DNA of 64,000 bases from Octopus vulgaris (lineage: Eukaryota), in assembly GCA_951406725.2 (NCBI GenBank), contig OX597825.1, positions 56,916,001-56,980,000 of the forward strand. The letters are read 5' to 3'. A program made the position numbers and the translations under genes. The notes under the pieces were generated by a model. The model was not told the origin of the DNA. It was given only the letters and a program-made list of their open reading frames with translations, and made no database searches. This document shows positions 25,506 through 39,872 of this stretch, piece by piece (position 1 is the stretch's first letter; every line of letters starts with the position of its first letter).

Positions 25506-27836
25506 GTTGCTCTATCAAGGCTATAGTAGAAGACACTTGCCCAAGGTGCCACACAGTGGGACTGAACCTGCAACCATGTTGTTGGTAAACAAGCTGTTTT
25601 ATTTCTTACATTGACATAAAGGCAGAACACAGATAATGTAGCTTTGCGAGCTGGACACAAACATTAATGAGATGAATGATAATGATACAAGGATGATAAG
25701 GATGGGAGAAGACAAAAAGCGCCCACTCCTCTAAAACATTGTTCTTTTTAAAAACACTGAATGAGGTATTGACCCTCTTACAATTTAACAATTATTCCAC
25801 TTTATGGACTAAAAAGTCCATTACAAATATAAACAATCTAATATACACAATATAAGGCGATAAACCTATTACACAAATGAGTCCCCAATCAACTTTCTTG
25901 CTTCCTGCAGGCATTCCTGTAACCGCAAGTTGGAGGGGGGCCCATAAACAATATCTATACTCTTCTTTTGAGAAAGAGTCCATTATATTATAGAAGTTCC
26001 TTTCTTCTAAACAAACTACTTACCATACAGCCACTCCTGCGCCTAAGACCTGTTAAGGCAAGTGAAATTGAAATCAAAATCGCTCAAAAATTTATGGAAA
26101 TTGTAGTTGTGATACCAGTGCCAGTGGCACATAAAAGAACCATCCGAATGTGGCCATTGCCAGCGCTGCCCCGACTGGCCTCCATGCCGGTGGTATGTAA
26201 AAAGCACCAACCGATTGTGGCCGTTGCCAGCCTCGCCTGGCATGTAAAAAGCAGCCACTACACTCACGGAGTGGTTGGCGTTAGGAAGGGCATCCAGCTG
26301 TAGAAACACTGCCAGATCAGACTGGGCTTGGTGCAGCCTCCTGGCTTCCCAGACCCCAGTCAAACCGTCCAACCCATGCTAGCATGGAAAGCAGACATTA
26401 AACGATGATGATGATGATGATGATGATGATATATATATACTTTAAAATGTGATTTGAATTCACAATTGTCTTGAAAACATATTCAAGAAGTAATTGACTA
26501 ACAAAGATTTCATTCTGCTGCCTGAAATATCTCTGGAGAATTTAAAGGTTGAATTCTTTGATTTTCATTTAGACAGACCAGAAACATAATTCAGGAACTT
26601 CCGCCAATTGTTCAAGATTGCAAACTGACAAAAGTTGGTTTTCATAAATGCAGTAGAATGCTGGCTTGTAGCCTTTCCTTTACTATTCCCAAAAGATGCT
26701 TTAAATTCAATTTTAGTCATAAAGGAAAGAGTTTGCCTGCAGAAACAGATGTCATTCCGTAGCTACAAGTGAAAGAATATACGTAGACGTTCTGTATTAA
26801 GATGGAGAAAACAATTGTTTCTATTAAGCCATGTTATCGCTGCAATTCATTAAACATCACTGTCATCATCATCATCATCCTCATCGTCATCGTCGTCATC
26901 GTAATCGTCAACATCGACGTCATCATCATGTAAAGTCCATTTCCCATCATTGTTGTCATCAATTAATGTCCACTTTTCCATGATTGTATGGGTCAGACAG
27001 AATCTGACCCATACATTGATGTAGATTTTCTATAACCAGATGCCAGTGCAGGTGCCACATGATCCATAACATACAACCCTATCCTGTACCACAATCCTCT
27101 TACTCCTCCCTCTCTCTCTCTCTTTCTCTCTCCTTTCTACGTGTCCTCTCTTTGTGTCATCATTGTCATCATCATCATCATCATCATCATCATTTAAAGT
27201 CCATTTTCCATCATTGTTGTCATCAATTAACGTCCACTTTTCCATGATTGTATGGGTCAGACAGGAATCTGTTGAAGCAGATTTTCTATAACTGGATGTC
27301 CTTCCTGTTCCCAACACTCAATCGTTTGCAAGCAAAACAATATTTCCCCAATGGTCTGATATATGTTTCATAGAAGACCAGAGACAAGCAACATTATTTG
27401 GACAATGATGATACTCCTTTATAACCATCAATCAATGTCGCAACAACAGTGCACACAAATCCACACATGCATACACACATACATGTGTGTGTATGCATGT
27501 ACATGTAAGTATGTTTGTAAGTATGTGTATATGTATGTATTTGATAGGTCTCTTCCATTCTTATCCACCAAATCCACTCACAATGCTTTAGTTGACCCAG
27601 GACTATATAAGAAATTTGTCCACATGGTTGGGAAGTAAGCTTTTTAACTGCACACCCATACTTGCATAATAATAATTATATGTACATGCATACACACACT
27701 CATAAATATATCGACATATACATAGATATATGCATGTGTGTGTGTGCATGTGGGTGTGCATGTGTATTTATGTATATGTCTGTCTATATGTATATATATG
27801 TATCGATGAAGGAAGGATTATCTTGATATATATATA

Positions 27837-29099
27837 CAGGGGCTGGACATGATAATGGAAACACCTAGCCTCATACCATCATAATTTTGAAATATATATA
27901 AAACCATCAAAAGCTTGTTTATTTTTATGCTTTTTGATTTATTACTAGTGTTACTTAATATGTTTTGCTAAACATATGTTTCTTTTCAGATGTCATCAGA
28001 AAAACGTAATTAAAATTCCTTAACATGACAGATCTATTGGACTTTCAAACAGGTCAATTTGTTGGTGCTTGCATGGCAGGTGCTAGCATAATGAGAACAG
28101 CTGAAATGTTTGGTGTATCAAGAAGTACTGTCTCAAAAGTAATGGCAGCCTTTGAGATACATGGAAAAACCTCCTCATCAAAACAAAACTCCAAAAGAAA
28201 ACCAAAACTTTCAGATAGGGACCGTCAAACTCTTATGCGAATTGTTAGAAAGGATCACAAAAGTACAGCTCCCAATATTACCGCAGAGCTTAATGACCAC
28301 CTCGAGAACCCAGTTTCCACAAAAACTGTTCACTGGGAGCTGCACAAAGCCAGATTTCATGGGAGGGCTGCAATCAGAAAACCACTACTTTCAAAAACTA
28401 ACGTTACAAAGCATTTAGAGTGAAGTAAAAACCTATAGAATTGGTTACCTAGAGCAGTGGAAGAATGTTATTTTCTCATATGAGTCATCCTTTACCATAT
28501 TTCCACCACAGGCCGAGTATACGTGTGGAAACAGCCAAAAGAAGCATTTGACCCAGACTGCCTTCTTCCAACTATTAAACATAGAAGAGGATCTGTGATG
28601 ATCTGGGGGAGGGGGGGAGGCTATATCTTGGAAATCTACTGGCTCAATGGTTTCCCTTCATGGCAGAATTAATAGTCAAGACTATTTAAGCATTTTATCT
28701 GATCATATTGATCCTATGATTGCAGAACTGTTTCTGGATGGAAAAGCAATCTTTCAGGATGATAATGCTCCAATTCACACAGTTAAAGTTGTTACTGGAT
28801 GGCACAAGGAACATTCTAGTGAAGTTGAACATCTCATCTGGCCACCACAGTTCCCAAATCTCAATATTATTTAACATTTATGGTGCATTTTAGAAAAACA
28901 AGTAAGGAGTTGATACAAGAACTGGTGACTGTTTTAACTGAAGAATGGACAAACTTTGTTTTAGAAACAATTCAAACTTTGTATGAGTCCATACCTCATA
29001 GAATTCAAGCTGTAATTACTGCCAAAAGTGGTCCTACTCCATATTAAAATAAATTTGTTTGAAATTTTAAGGTGTTTGCATTATTTTGTTCAACTCCTG
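27837..29099 (+). mobile_element. Full-length Tc1 (DD34E-type) transposon with pseudogenised transposase (28025-29047)
   Basis: Imperfect TIRs CAGGGGCTGGACATGATAATGGAAACACCT / AGGTGTTTGCATTATTTTGTTCAACTCCTG with TA flanks. HTH region, AIRKPLL, FSYES (D>Y), FQDDNAPIH, WPPQFPNLNII* (E>stop), GPTPY*. Confidence 0.95.
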
Positions 29100-29109
29100 T
29101 ACATACATA

Positions 29110-29158
<49 letters not shown>

Positions 29159-29283
29159 CATGTGTGTTGTATATATGTATATATGTATGTATGTGTGTAT
29201 ATATATATGTGTGTGTATATATATATATATATATATACAAACATATATATACATACATACACACATATATATATATATATGTA

Positions 29284-29319
<36 letters not shown>

Positions 29320-29427
29320 CCTATATACATACATATATGTATGTAAATATATATACATATATATATTTATGTATGTGTGTATATATGTATGTATATATAT
29401 ATACGTACATATATATATATGTGTAAG

Positions 29428-29465
<38 letters not shown>

Positions 29466-29884
29466 TACATTATATACAACACACATGCATACACACATAT
29501 ACTCTCACATACATGTAGTGATTCATTACACATACACGGATCATGAGTACAAGTTCTTATGGTCTGTAACATTGTTATTTTTGTGTGTAGTAGGCAAGGG
29601 AAAGGTATATTGAGGTAGTCAAAGTATGTGACAGGATAATGAAGCTTAGACTAGTCATTAACAAAACAACAAACAACAATGATCTCACCATCAACACCAC
29701 AACCAAGACTGACTGATGAAGACATTGAACTGATATTGCAACATTATTAAATACTACAAAGGCACAAAGAGATACAGCAGAAAGTGGCCACTCCAAAAAC
29801 GTTGAATTGAAAGACCAGGTTATGATAGAAATAGATAGAATTATATAGGAAGAGGACTATAAAGGAAGAGAATAAGAACAATGT

Positions 29885-30288
29885 GCAGGAGGGGCTGTGT
29901 GGTAAGTAGCTTTCTTACCAATCACATGGTTCCAGGTTCAGTCCCACTGCGTGGCACCTTGGGCAAGTTTCTTCTACTATAGCCTCGGGCTGACCAAAGC
30001 CTTGTGAGTAAATTTTGTAGACAGAAACTGAAAGAAGCCCGTCATATATATGTATATATATATATATATGTATGTGTGTGTATATGTTTGTCCCCCCAAC
30101 ATCGCTTGACAACCAATGCAGGTGTGTTTACACCCCCGTAACTTAGTGGTTTGGCAAAAGAGTCCAATAGAATAAGTAATAGGCTTACAAAGAATAAGTC
30201 CTGGGGTCGATTTGCTCAACTAAAAATGCAGTGCTCCAGCATGGCTGCAGTCAAAGGACAGAAACAAGTAAAAGAGTAAATAAGAGTA
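29885..30288 (+). mobile_element. SINE family A
   Basis: Same motifs as other family A copies. Confidence 0.9.
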
Positions 30289-30319
30289 ATGCGGTTTGTG
30301 TTTGTTTTAGGAAATGTTT

Positions 30320-30830
30320 TCACTGATGCAAACTTCCTAGAGAGGTAGCATCATGAAAAGTTCTTAGCTAAGAGTAAGCTACTATAAATAGAATTCAACT
30401 TGGCGAAGGTCTTTGACAGAGAACCACATTCTGTAGTTTAGTTGTCATGAAGGAAAATAGCGCTAGAAAAATGGCAGGTGAGAGCTGTATAAGACATATA
30501 TATTGAGGTACAATCAGCAAGATGAAAGTTAGCAATGAGCTCAGAAAAAGCATGCACGTAGGTATTCATCACAACTCAGTTCTCAGTTCTAAGACCCCTA
30601 TTGTCAATTATAATTCTCCAGCCTACAAGGGGGAAATTTAAAACCAGTTGTCCATGGGATCTCCTGTATGACTTAGTTCTTTTAGCTTAACTAGTCAACA
30701 ATTTAGAGAAGAAATTCCAAACAAGGAAATAAGCAATGGAATCAAAAGTCCTCAAAGTAAATCTCATAAAGATAGTAGTTTTAATCTACAAGAAAGAGTA
30801 TAGGAACCAGGGATGTAACTGTGCTCAATA
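30320..30830 (+). mobile_element. Highly decayed RTE reverse transcriptase fragment
   Basis: Remnants TDANFL..HEKFLAK..NLAKVFDREP..VGIHHNSVL..CPWDLLY. Confidence 0.6.
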
Positions 30831-31190
30831 TGCAGAGAAAAAATTTGGATACTTGATCTTGAAATTTTAATCTTACAATTTGCTTGCCACACATATTTTC
30901 TCAAACTTTGGCAATATGTTTCTAGTACCTTTTCTTGCTTTGTAGGGCTTGCCAATACCCATGGTCTTCCAGAACGCTTTTTGAAAACATTCTGAACAGT
31001 TCTATCTACTTCAAGTATAGCTCTAATTCAAGTGATGGTAAGTCACATGAATGGATCTGTTTAAAACTCCCTCCTAAACTATCTTGGACTTCAACTTCAT
31101 TTTCAAACTTTCAGTGTCATAGTAAGATAAATTTCCTTTGTTTAAAGCTAGTCAAGCTCTCTTCATTGTTATGCCTTAAATCTAAAAGGA
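30830..31190 (-). mobile_element. Tc1/mariner-superfamily transposase N-terminal fragment (DUF4817 HTH-like)
   Basis: QRKFIL..KFENEVEVQ..TVQNVFKKRSGRPWVLASPTKQEKVLETYCQS across frameshifts. Confidence 0.55.
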
Positions 31191-32330
31191 AATGAAAATC
31201 GAATTACCAACTGTTAATGTACCATAAATCCTCAAGTAGTTGAAAAAGGAACCATAAAGGGATTACTCTGGATATTAAACTTAATGTTTCAAAAAGACTT
31301 AACACAGAAGTAAAACTAAGTAATTTTTTCCAAAACATTAAATTTTGCAGTGTCTACAGTGGAAACAATACATGACAACAGTGAAAATTATGTCAAGTGC
31401 TCAAGAACCTACTGCATTAACTGTCCAGACCTTATTTTTCTATAGATGTAATGTAGTGCTTTAAATGGAAATGACTCTCAAGTGTATAGATTGAGGATTA
31501 GAATTGGCCTAATGTGCCTATAAATATGATGGTAATTCAAAAGAAAGTCAAAAGTTTGTGATGATTTGCAGAAAAAGGAAGGTGAAATTTCAAATGAAAA
31601 ATTTTTTTTTTGGGGGGGGGGGGCAAGTAAAGTCTGATTTGATAGAGAAGAAAAAGCAACACCGTGATTTAAAGCTTCCAAAAATTATAGCCCATACATG
31701 TGTGTCACACCAAAAATCTAAAGGCTTTTATGTAGAGTTTAATCTACTGCTAATTTGGCATTCAAATAAGAAGGCCTGGTACAGTGTCACACAAAATATT
31801 TCCAACAATGTGTTGCTTCTTTTAGACAATACACCAAACCACTCAACGAACTTGGGTGATAATTCTAATAATATGAGAGTAGAATGTATTCCCAAGAATA
31901 CAACTTATTTGCACCAAACAATAGATCAAGGTGCGATAGCTAACTTCAAGACATATTGTGTGAGAAGAACTTCCAAACAACTTATGAAAGCAATTGACAG
32001 AGAAAATAAACCTAAAGAAGAATATTTTTGGAAGAAATTCAGCATAATGGATGTTGGGGATAATATAGCCAAGTCATGAATAGCGCTTGGTAAGTATATA
32101 GCCAGGCTGTATCGGTGACATTATAAGTTTTCCTCAAGCAGAAAGTCTACATCAAATTCGGAAAGGCATTGTGACACATGCAAAGGATGTAGGATTTCTA
32201 TAAGTCATAGAGAATGATGTGATTGAGTTGCTAGTGTCCCAGAGAGAAAGTTTATCTATAGAAGAGCTGATGCTATTAGAAAAGGAACAAGCTGAGAATG
32301 GTATCTGTTGTATTTCTGATGCGATCTGTT
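31190..32330 (+). mobile_element. pogo/Tigger transposase fossil
   Basis: KRNHKGITLDIKL (psq HTH start); VLLLLDNTPNH..IPKNTTYLHQTIDQGAIANFKTY (DDE_1 motifs); [18 protein letters not shown]. Confidence 0.8.
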
Positions 32331-32457
32331 GCTGTTCTTTCACGATATATTGTTTCATACTGGGGATGTAATGTCTAAGCTGCATCATATGTATATGTGT
32401 GTGTGTGTATTTGTGTGTAAGTGTATGTGCACATACACACACAGACACACATACATG

Positions 32458-32532
<75 letters not shown>

Positions 32533-32665
32533 AGTATGCATGTAGCTATATATATATACATATGTATAGATATATACACAAAGATACATACATATATATA
32601 TATATATATATAATATTTATGTGTTTATACGTTTATGTGTGTACCTATATGTAAATATATATATA

Positions 32666-32709
<44 letters not shown>

Positions 32710-34139
32710 TCTTTACATGTAAACACATGCAAACATATGCATATGGTTTTTATATATATATATATATATATACGCATACTAATATGTCTATGTGCATGTT
32801 TGTGTGTGTGTGTGTGTGTGTGTGTGCCTGTGTGTCAGTGCGTGTGTGCACGTGCATATGTGTGTGTGTATGTGTGTCTATGTATATATGCGTATTTAAG
32901 ACTTTTTTACTTACGCAATATTTTCTTATTTTTCTTCAGCAAAACATTTCACATCCTATATCTCTACTCACTCAACACTTTCATCCTCTCTCTTTCTCAC
33001 TCTCTCCCTCTCTCTCTCTCACTCCCTCTCTCTCCCACCACTTTCTTCAGTCTTCCCTTGTTTACCACCTCTGTTGTTTAGTCAATAATTAATTAATTGA
33101 ACATCTCTCATTAAACTTGCTTGTTTCACTGTTTATACATGCACACATGCATGCACACACACACACACACACACACGCACACATTTATATACATACACAT
33201 ACACATATATCAAAACTCATGTATATACATGCATATAGATTTATGTACAAAATTGTATATTTTGTCAATATCTTTACCAATTTTTGTTTATTTAGTTTTC
33301 AAATTTATACATTTATTTATTTATTCATTTAAGAAAGCCTCGTTAACAAATCTTACTTATTTTCTTCAAGAAGCCATTAAGTTTATTGTTAACGAGTGTC
33401 ATACTTGAATAACGAGGTAAAAACATTTAATCAATATAAACCATATTAACAGAAGATGTACAGGTAGGAATGGTGTATCCATATACTCTGCATTATAGGT
33501 ATTTTATTGTATTTTATTATTGTTGGGTGTATATATATGCATCTATATATGTGTGCATGGGTATATATATATATATATATATACCCATGCACACATATAT
33601 ACATACATACCTATATATATATGCATAAACACACACACACATATATATACATATATGCATGCATGTGTTAGCATATATATACATGTATGCATGTATATAA
33701 CATTTATATATGTATATATACACATACACATATAGATGTACATATATATGTGTGTGTATGTGTGTGTGAGTGTGCGTGTGTGTGTGAATGTATGTGTGTA
33801 ATATATCTACATCTATATGTACAATGTACATATATGTACATTGAACAGATATGTGTATGTATATATATGTGTGTATATATATGTGTGTGTATGTGTGTGT
33901 GTGTGTGTGTGAGTGTGTGTGTATGTATATGTATATAATATATATATATATACTCATACATATATAAATAAATAATTCTGAGTATAATTATGCACATATA
34001 TTTACATACATGTATGTTCAAATATATATATATATATATACATATATATTATATTTATGTGTATGCATAAATATATATGTATAAATATAAATATATGTAT
34101 CCATATACATTATTACCACCAGACAGTTAATCAAATTAT

Positions 34140-35285
34140 GCCAGAAGGTGTCATACCAAATGACTGGCAAAGCAGTGTCATCATAAACTGCTACAATAGC
34201 AAATGAGATGACTTAGAAAGAAGAAATTACAGAGGAATCAAGCAACTGGATCAGATTATGAAGGCCACAGTTCAAGTTGTAGCACAATTTATCCATAAAC
34301 AAAGAAGACCTAGATGAGAAGCAGTTTGGCTTTGTCCCCAGAAAAGGTATTATGGATGCAATCTTCCTAGAAATGCTTGGCTAAGGGTGAACTACTACTT
34401 CCAGCATTTTTCAATTTGTAGATGGCTTTTTGTCAGGTTAACATGTTCAGTAATTTGGTTGTAGGTGACTCGTGAAGCCTGTACAAGCTATGTACCGAAA
34501 ATGCTGTGAGTAAGTGTCAGCAATGATTTCAGAGATGAATTTAGTGTGGGTTAAGGAGTCCGTCAAGGCTCAGTTATCAGTTTTCTTCTATTCATCATGG
34601 TACTACAAACCATCACAGAGGAGTTTAAGACTAACTGTCCACAGGAACTTCAATATGCTAATGATCTAGTTCTAATATCGGAATCTCAAGTGAATTTAGA
34701 GAGAAAATTCTAGTAATAGAAGCTAAACTTAGAATCAAGAGATCTTAAGGTAAACTCAGGATAGAGTAAGGTTTTAGTAAGTAGGAAAGAAGTCAAGACC
34801 CTGGTATCTTCAAGAACGTACCTTGCCTGGTGTGTAGAAAATGAATAGGTGAGAACTTCATATGCTGTATCCAATGTAAGCTATCTGTTTGTCACTGGCA
34901 AACAAACAGAGAAAGTAAGCTTCATTTGTGACAGATACACTGGAGCAGTATGCGCCTTGAAAACATCAGAAATAGTTTCTGTTAGACACCTTGATGTCTC
35001 ACTTGGAGTAGTTGGTAGATTTTGTTATCTAGGAGACATAATTTACAGAGGAGATGGTTGCTCTCAAAATATAGTAGTCAGGGTAAGAACAGGTTGGAAA
35101 AAGTTCAGGGAGCCACTACTGCTACTGGCAAGAAAAGCACTTTTTCCTCAGAGTGAAAAGTAAATTGCATAATGCTTGTATTAGAACTACAATACTGCAT
35201 AGAAACAAAACATAATCTTTGAATGCAGATGATTTGAGGAAACTGAAAAGAAATAAAGCTGACATACTCTGTTATATATGCAATG
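34140..35285 (+). mobile_element. Decayed RTE RT region
   Basis: IPNDWQSS..RNYRGIKQL..QFGFVP..GVRQGSVIS..LQYANDLVL..FCYLGD. Confidence 0.85.
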
Positions 35286-35541
35286 TACCATTTCACTTGA
35301 TATCAATCCTTTATTCTTAATACTGTCCTTTTCATCCACATATTACAATGGTCACCCTCCTGAATCACTAAATTATGTCTTCACCATCATGCATCAGTCA
35401 CTCTCCATATGCATTAGGCCCATCTCCACACTCTTGAGACCTACATAATCACGTGTCATCAGTCTCTCTCTTTCTCTCACTCTCTGTCTATCTCTCTGTC
35501 TATCTCTCTGTCTATCTATCTATCTATCTATCTATCCATCC

Positions 35542-35608
<67 letters not shown>

Positions 35609-36299
35609 CATCTATCTATCTCTCAATCTCTGTCATCCTCTTCTTGTTTATGGCATAATCATTACTATTCTACTGTTCATCACATACCAGCCGTTTTTGA
35701 CTGTATTGTCGGTCATCTTCTACTCTCCACTACTACTCTCCTCAACTCAGATGTATCATGAGTTACTCCAACCTTTATCTGCCAGTCACTACATTCACCT
35801 CACAACCCTACCTGATCTCTACAGTTGTCACCTACTCTTCCTTATCACCCATGCTTCTCATCCCTCATCATTTGTTCTTCATTCATCACATTCATCCCCT
35901 CACCCATTTCCCAACTCTAAACATCTGATGATATGAAAGGAAATGAAGAACCTCAATAGTGTCACAAAACTACCACAAAATCCGAATATAATATACTATC
36001 AGTCAAAAGAATCCAGCATGCAACTCCATGCTGAAAATGTCAAGTACCCTGTTATCAGCTCACAAACACATCTCAGTCAAGATACACAGGGCCAGTAGGG
36101 TTTATAATCCCAGGCACACAATCAGCGCATGACTTGGGAATCAATATGAGCAATGAAATTTTATTTCTTGTGTATATCCCAAACACATCAGCATTTGACT
36201 GACAGGATAGATACTGAGAGTATTCATAATGAGAGGGCAAAAAGCCATGTTGATCTAGATGGGGACATTTGCTTCAAGCAACCTGGTCCACTTTTCTTA

Positions 36300-36650
36300 T
36301 CTATGATCATTACATAGGGTTAAACTAATAGTGAGACACAAGAATTATCTCAATGAAACATATGGACTCTAATGAGAAGTTTAAAGATTGTAGATTTTAC
36401 TCCCAGGGAAAAAGAAAGGGAAGAAATGCAGTTATTTATATGTTGAAGAACATGGAAGAGCCAATCCCAAACTTTGACATTGAGAAATATATCAATTCTC
36501 AAACTAGACACCACTGCATAGTGCATAATATCTTGTTGAAAACCAAGTAGATCTACGTAGATTAGATGTAAGTATATTCATGAAACACCTGGATATTCTG
36601 TAGTCTGAGAATGAACCTACATATTAGCATGATACTATATGAAGAGATAG
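36300..36650 (+). mobile_element. Old CR1/L2-group LINE C-terminal fragment
   Basis: FYSQGKRKGRNAVIYMLKNMEEPIPNF resembles LYSLERRRERYxIIYxWKI.E..PN. Confidence 0.5.
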
Positions 36651-37084
36651 TTTTAAACTCCCTCATTTACCATAAACCAGCCACAAAAGGGGGTGTAGAA
36701 ACACTAGTTACCATAATGATAGTATGCCAGCATTGCCATAACCTGTGGGTTGAAATAATTAAAAGACTAAATACATATACATTCATACATATACATTCAT
36801 ACATATACATATGTGCATATGTATGTATATGTATAAGTTTGTGTGTATATATATATATATTTGAGCATGACCGTTGCCAGTACCACCTGACTGGCCCTCG
36901 TGCCGGTGGCACATAAAACCACTCTCAGAGTGGTTGGCATTAGGAAGGGCATCCAGCTGTAGAAACTCTGCCAGATCAGATTGGAGCCTGGTGCACCCAT
37001 CTGGCTCACCAGTCCTCAGTCAAATCGTCCAACCCATGCTAGAATGGAAAGCGGACGTTAAACGATGATGATGATGATGATGAT

Positions 37085-37124
<40 letters not shown>

Positions 37125-37199
37125 TATATATATATATACATATATATGAGTGAGCAGACAAACGAAAGAAGGGCACTCAATTAATTTATTGGGAGTTAC

Positions 37200-37513
37200 A
37201 TGTATGGATCAAAGCAGTTTGATTCAAATTCATTGGTGCTCTTGAGTTTCAAGTGCAATGCTAGTCATCAGCCATTTTGAATTTCCTGTCCTCCACATGG
37301 TCAGTTTCCAGTTTGCCATGCAGTATTTTCCAACTATCTATTACCCATATACCAACAGCAAACCATGACACCACATGACCTTCCTTGACAAATCACAGCC
37401 CACCTTATGATAATAGCATTCAACTTCTGCCATTCAAATTCAGAATGGCTGACGACTAGCATTGCACTTGAAACTCAAGAGTACCAAGAAATTTGAATCA
37501 AACTGTTTTGATC

Positions 37514-37520
<7 letters not shown>
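37200..37520. mobile_element. Foldback element, ~85-bp inverted arms each carrying a hammerhead motif
   Basis: 37200-37284 is the imperfect reverse complement of 37436-37520. Right arm TGG-CTGACGA-..-GAAA-CTCAAGAG-TA-CCA. Confidence 0.85.
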
Positions 37521-37568
<48 letters not shown>

Positions 37569-37593
37569 ATGGATCAAATATATATATATATAT

Positions 37594-37825
37594 ATTTCTT
37601 TACTACCCACAAGGGGCTAAACACAGAGGGGACAAACAAGGACAGACAAAAGTATTAATTCAGTTACATCGACCCCAGTGCATAACTGGTACTTAATTTA
37701 TCGACCTCGAAAGGATGAAAGGCAAAGTCGACCTCGGCAGAATTTGAACTCGGAACGTAACGACAGACGAAATACGGCTACGCATTTCACCCGGCATGCT
37801 AACGTTTCTGCCAGCTCGCCGCCTT
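37594..37825 (-). mobile_element. SINE family B, full copy
   Basis: Full head and core; TGGATCAAAT(A/G)TATA recurs on both sides as a possible TSD. Confidence 0.9.
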
Positions 37826-38005
37826 TGGATCAAATGTATATGTATGGATCAAATATATATAAGTAATACATTTGTATTGCAATATTATTTTTTATTGCAT
37901 TGCAATTTAGTTTTATTATTGTATTGCAATATTATTTTTCATTGAGAACTTTTCACTGTTCTTGTTCTGTTAACAGCTAGGTGTTCAGGCAAGTATATTG
38001 GCATT

Positions 38006-38228
38006 GAGCTGGCAGAACCGTTAGCACGCCGGGCGAAATGCGTAGCCGTATTTCGTCTGCCGCTACGTTCTGAGTTCAAATTCCGCCGAGGTCAACTTTG
38101 CTTTTCATCCTTTCGGGGTCGATAAATTAAGTACCAGTTAAGCACTGGGGTCGATGTAATCGTCTTAATCCGTTTGTCTGTCCTTGTTTGTCCCCTCTAT
38201 GTTTAGCCCCTTGTGGGTAATAAAGAAA
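38006..38228 (+). mobile_element. SINE family B, well-preserved copy
   Basis: GAGCTGGCAGAACCGTTAGCACG..GAGTTCAAATTCC..CTTTTCATCCTTTCGGGGTCGATAAATTAAGTACCAG..AATAAAGAAA. Confidence 0.9.
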
Positions 38229-39375
38229 CATATTTTGGCATTGATATGGCAACATTTGAAATTTTGTCTAGGTAAATGCAGCTGATGAAGACTGATAAAA
38301 TTTACGTTGTCAAACGTATTTGAGGAGTCAGAATCTGGTCCTGCATAATCCGATTCTGGGTTGTCCATTTATCAAATGTTCATCCTAGAGGTAAAACAAA
38401 TTTTTCATGTTTGTTGCACACACACACGTCTTTGGTGGTATATATGCAGTGAAGCTTTACAATAGCGTCGTATTTGAATTGATATATATATATATATATA
38501 AAAACGCACCCCGTCCAGTGGACGGTGCTGAGTTGTCAAACATTTAAACCAAATTTTCTCTAAACAACTTGTCCGACCGTCCCATAGGCCTCCCCTTTGA
38601 GAAACTCTGATTTAACCTAAATTTGAGACACTAGCAAAAGAAGAAATAAAGATAGACTTTTTTTCTATTCCAAAGAAAAACAATTTTATTCACACAAATA
38701 TGCAACTGAAGAGTTTAAAGTACCAGTAATGATAAGGCTGTTGACTGGGAGAACACAAACATGGTTTAAACAGTAAGCTTGGCAGGAAAGAAACGTGCCT
38801 TTAAGCAGTACAAAAACAAAAACAAAAAAATGGAAGATACAGTTATGTACAGGTTGACGGAAGAAAGGCAGGAGAAAAGCAATGCATGCAAATGGGTTAG
38901 CTGGAGGTAAATCAAGATGGAAAAGCATGATGAATTTATGAGAACGTACCTGGGACAATAATAAGTTTATCCAATAAAACATGTAGGAAATCAACTTGGG
39001 GCGATTTTTTTATGAAAAGCAACAACCTAGGGAACTAAGTAACTAATTTTAAGCTAACTTTCTTTACGGGATGTTCAAGAGCATGGAAAAGCTTGTGGAG
39101 CACAGCCTTGTAAACCACATTCCTGATGTACTTGCGCATACAAATGCACGTTCCCACGGCTTTATCGATCGCATTCTCACCTGGAATCGATTTTTGTAAT
39201 TTTTTCAAGACTTATATACGCCCTGATACCGTCGGTATCTACATATCAAATTTGAGTGCAATCTGATGGAGGATGCCCGAGATCCTAGAAGACACACACA
39301 CACACAGAACAGATTTTATATATATATACACACATACACACACACACACACTCACACCCACCCGCACACACACAC

Positions 39376-39435
<60 letters not shown>

Positions 39436-39644
39436 ATAATAAAGGGTGAAATTAATTAATTTAGAAATAATCATTAATTTCACCAAGTAGAGTTCGGCAT
39501 GTAAAAGCCCCATTCAAGGAAGGTTTCAGTAATACTAAGTAATTAAGGGTTTAGCAACGATTTGCCTCACCACACACCGAATTTAGAAATAGCAGTCAAA
39601 AAGTTTTGGCTATTCTTTCTACTTATATATATATATATATATAC

Positions 39645-39872
39645 ATATTTCATAAGCTTAAAGCTTATAAGCGATCACCGTGCAATGCCTAAAGCAAATA
39701 ATCTAATATTGGGGCATATAAGCTCTTAACAGAAAAAAGTGGGTGTCCTGTATGCATGGGACTTGAATCCAGTGCTCTTTGTTTTCATGACAAGCTTATA
39801 CACCCCAATATTAGACTATTTTCTGTAGTTATTGCATGGTGATCGCTTATAAGCTTTAAGCTTATGAAATAT
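39645..39872. mobile_element. Foldback element, 80-bp arms enclosing a tRNA-like Pol III fragment
   Basis: 39645-39724 is the imperfect reverse complement of 39793-39872. The loop on minus has GGATTCAAGTCC and a T6 run. Confidence 0.8.

Noticed and set aside
26440-26850. Unique-looking segment as an exon
   Set aside because: Only short open frames and no recognisable protein; may be an old TE.
38274-38320. CTGATGAAGAC..GTCAAACGTA hammerhead-like string
   Set aside because: GAAA is missing and stem I is out of register.
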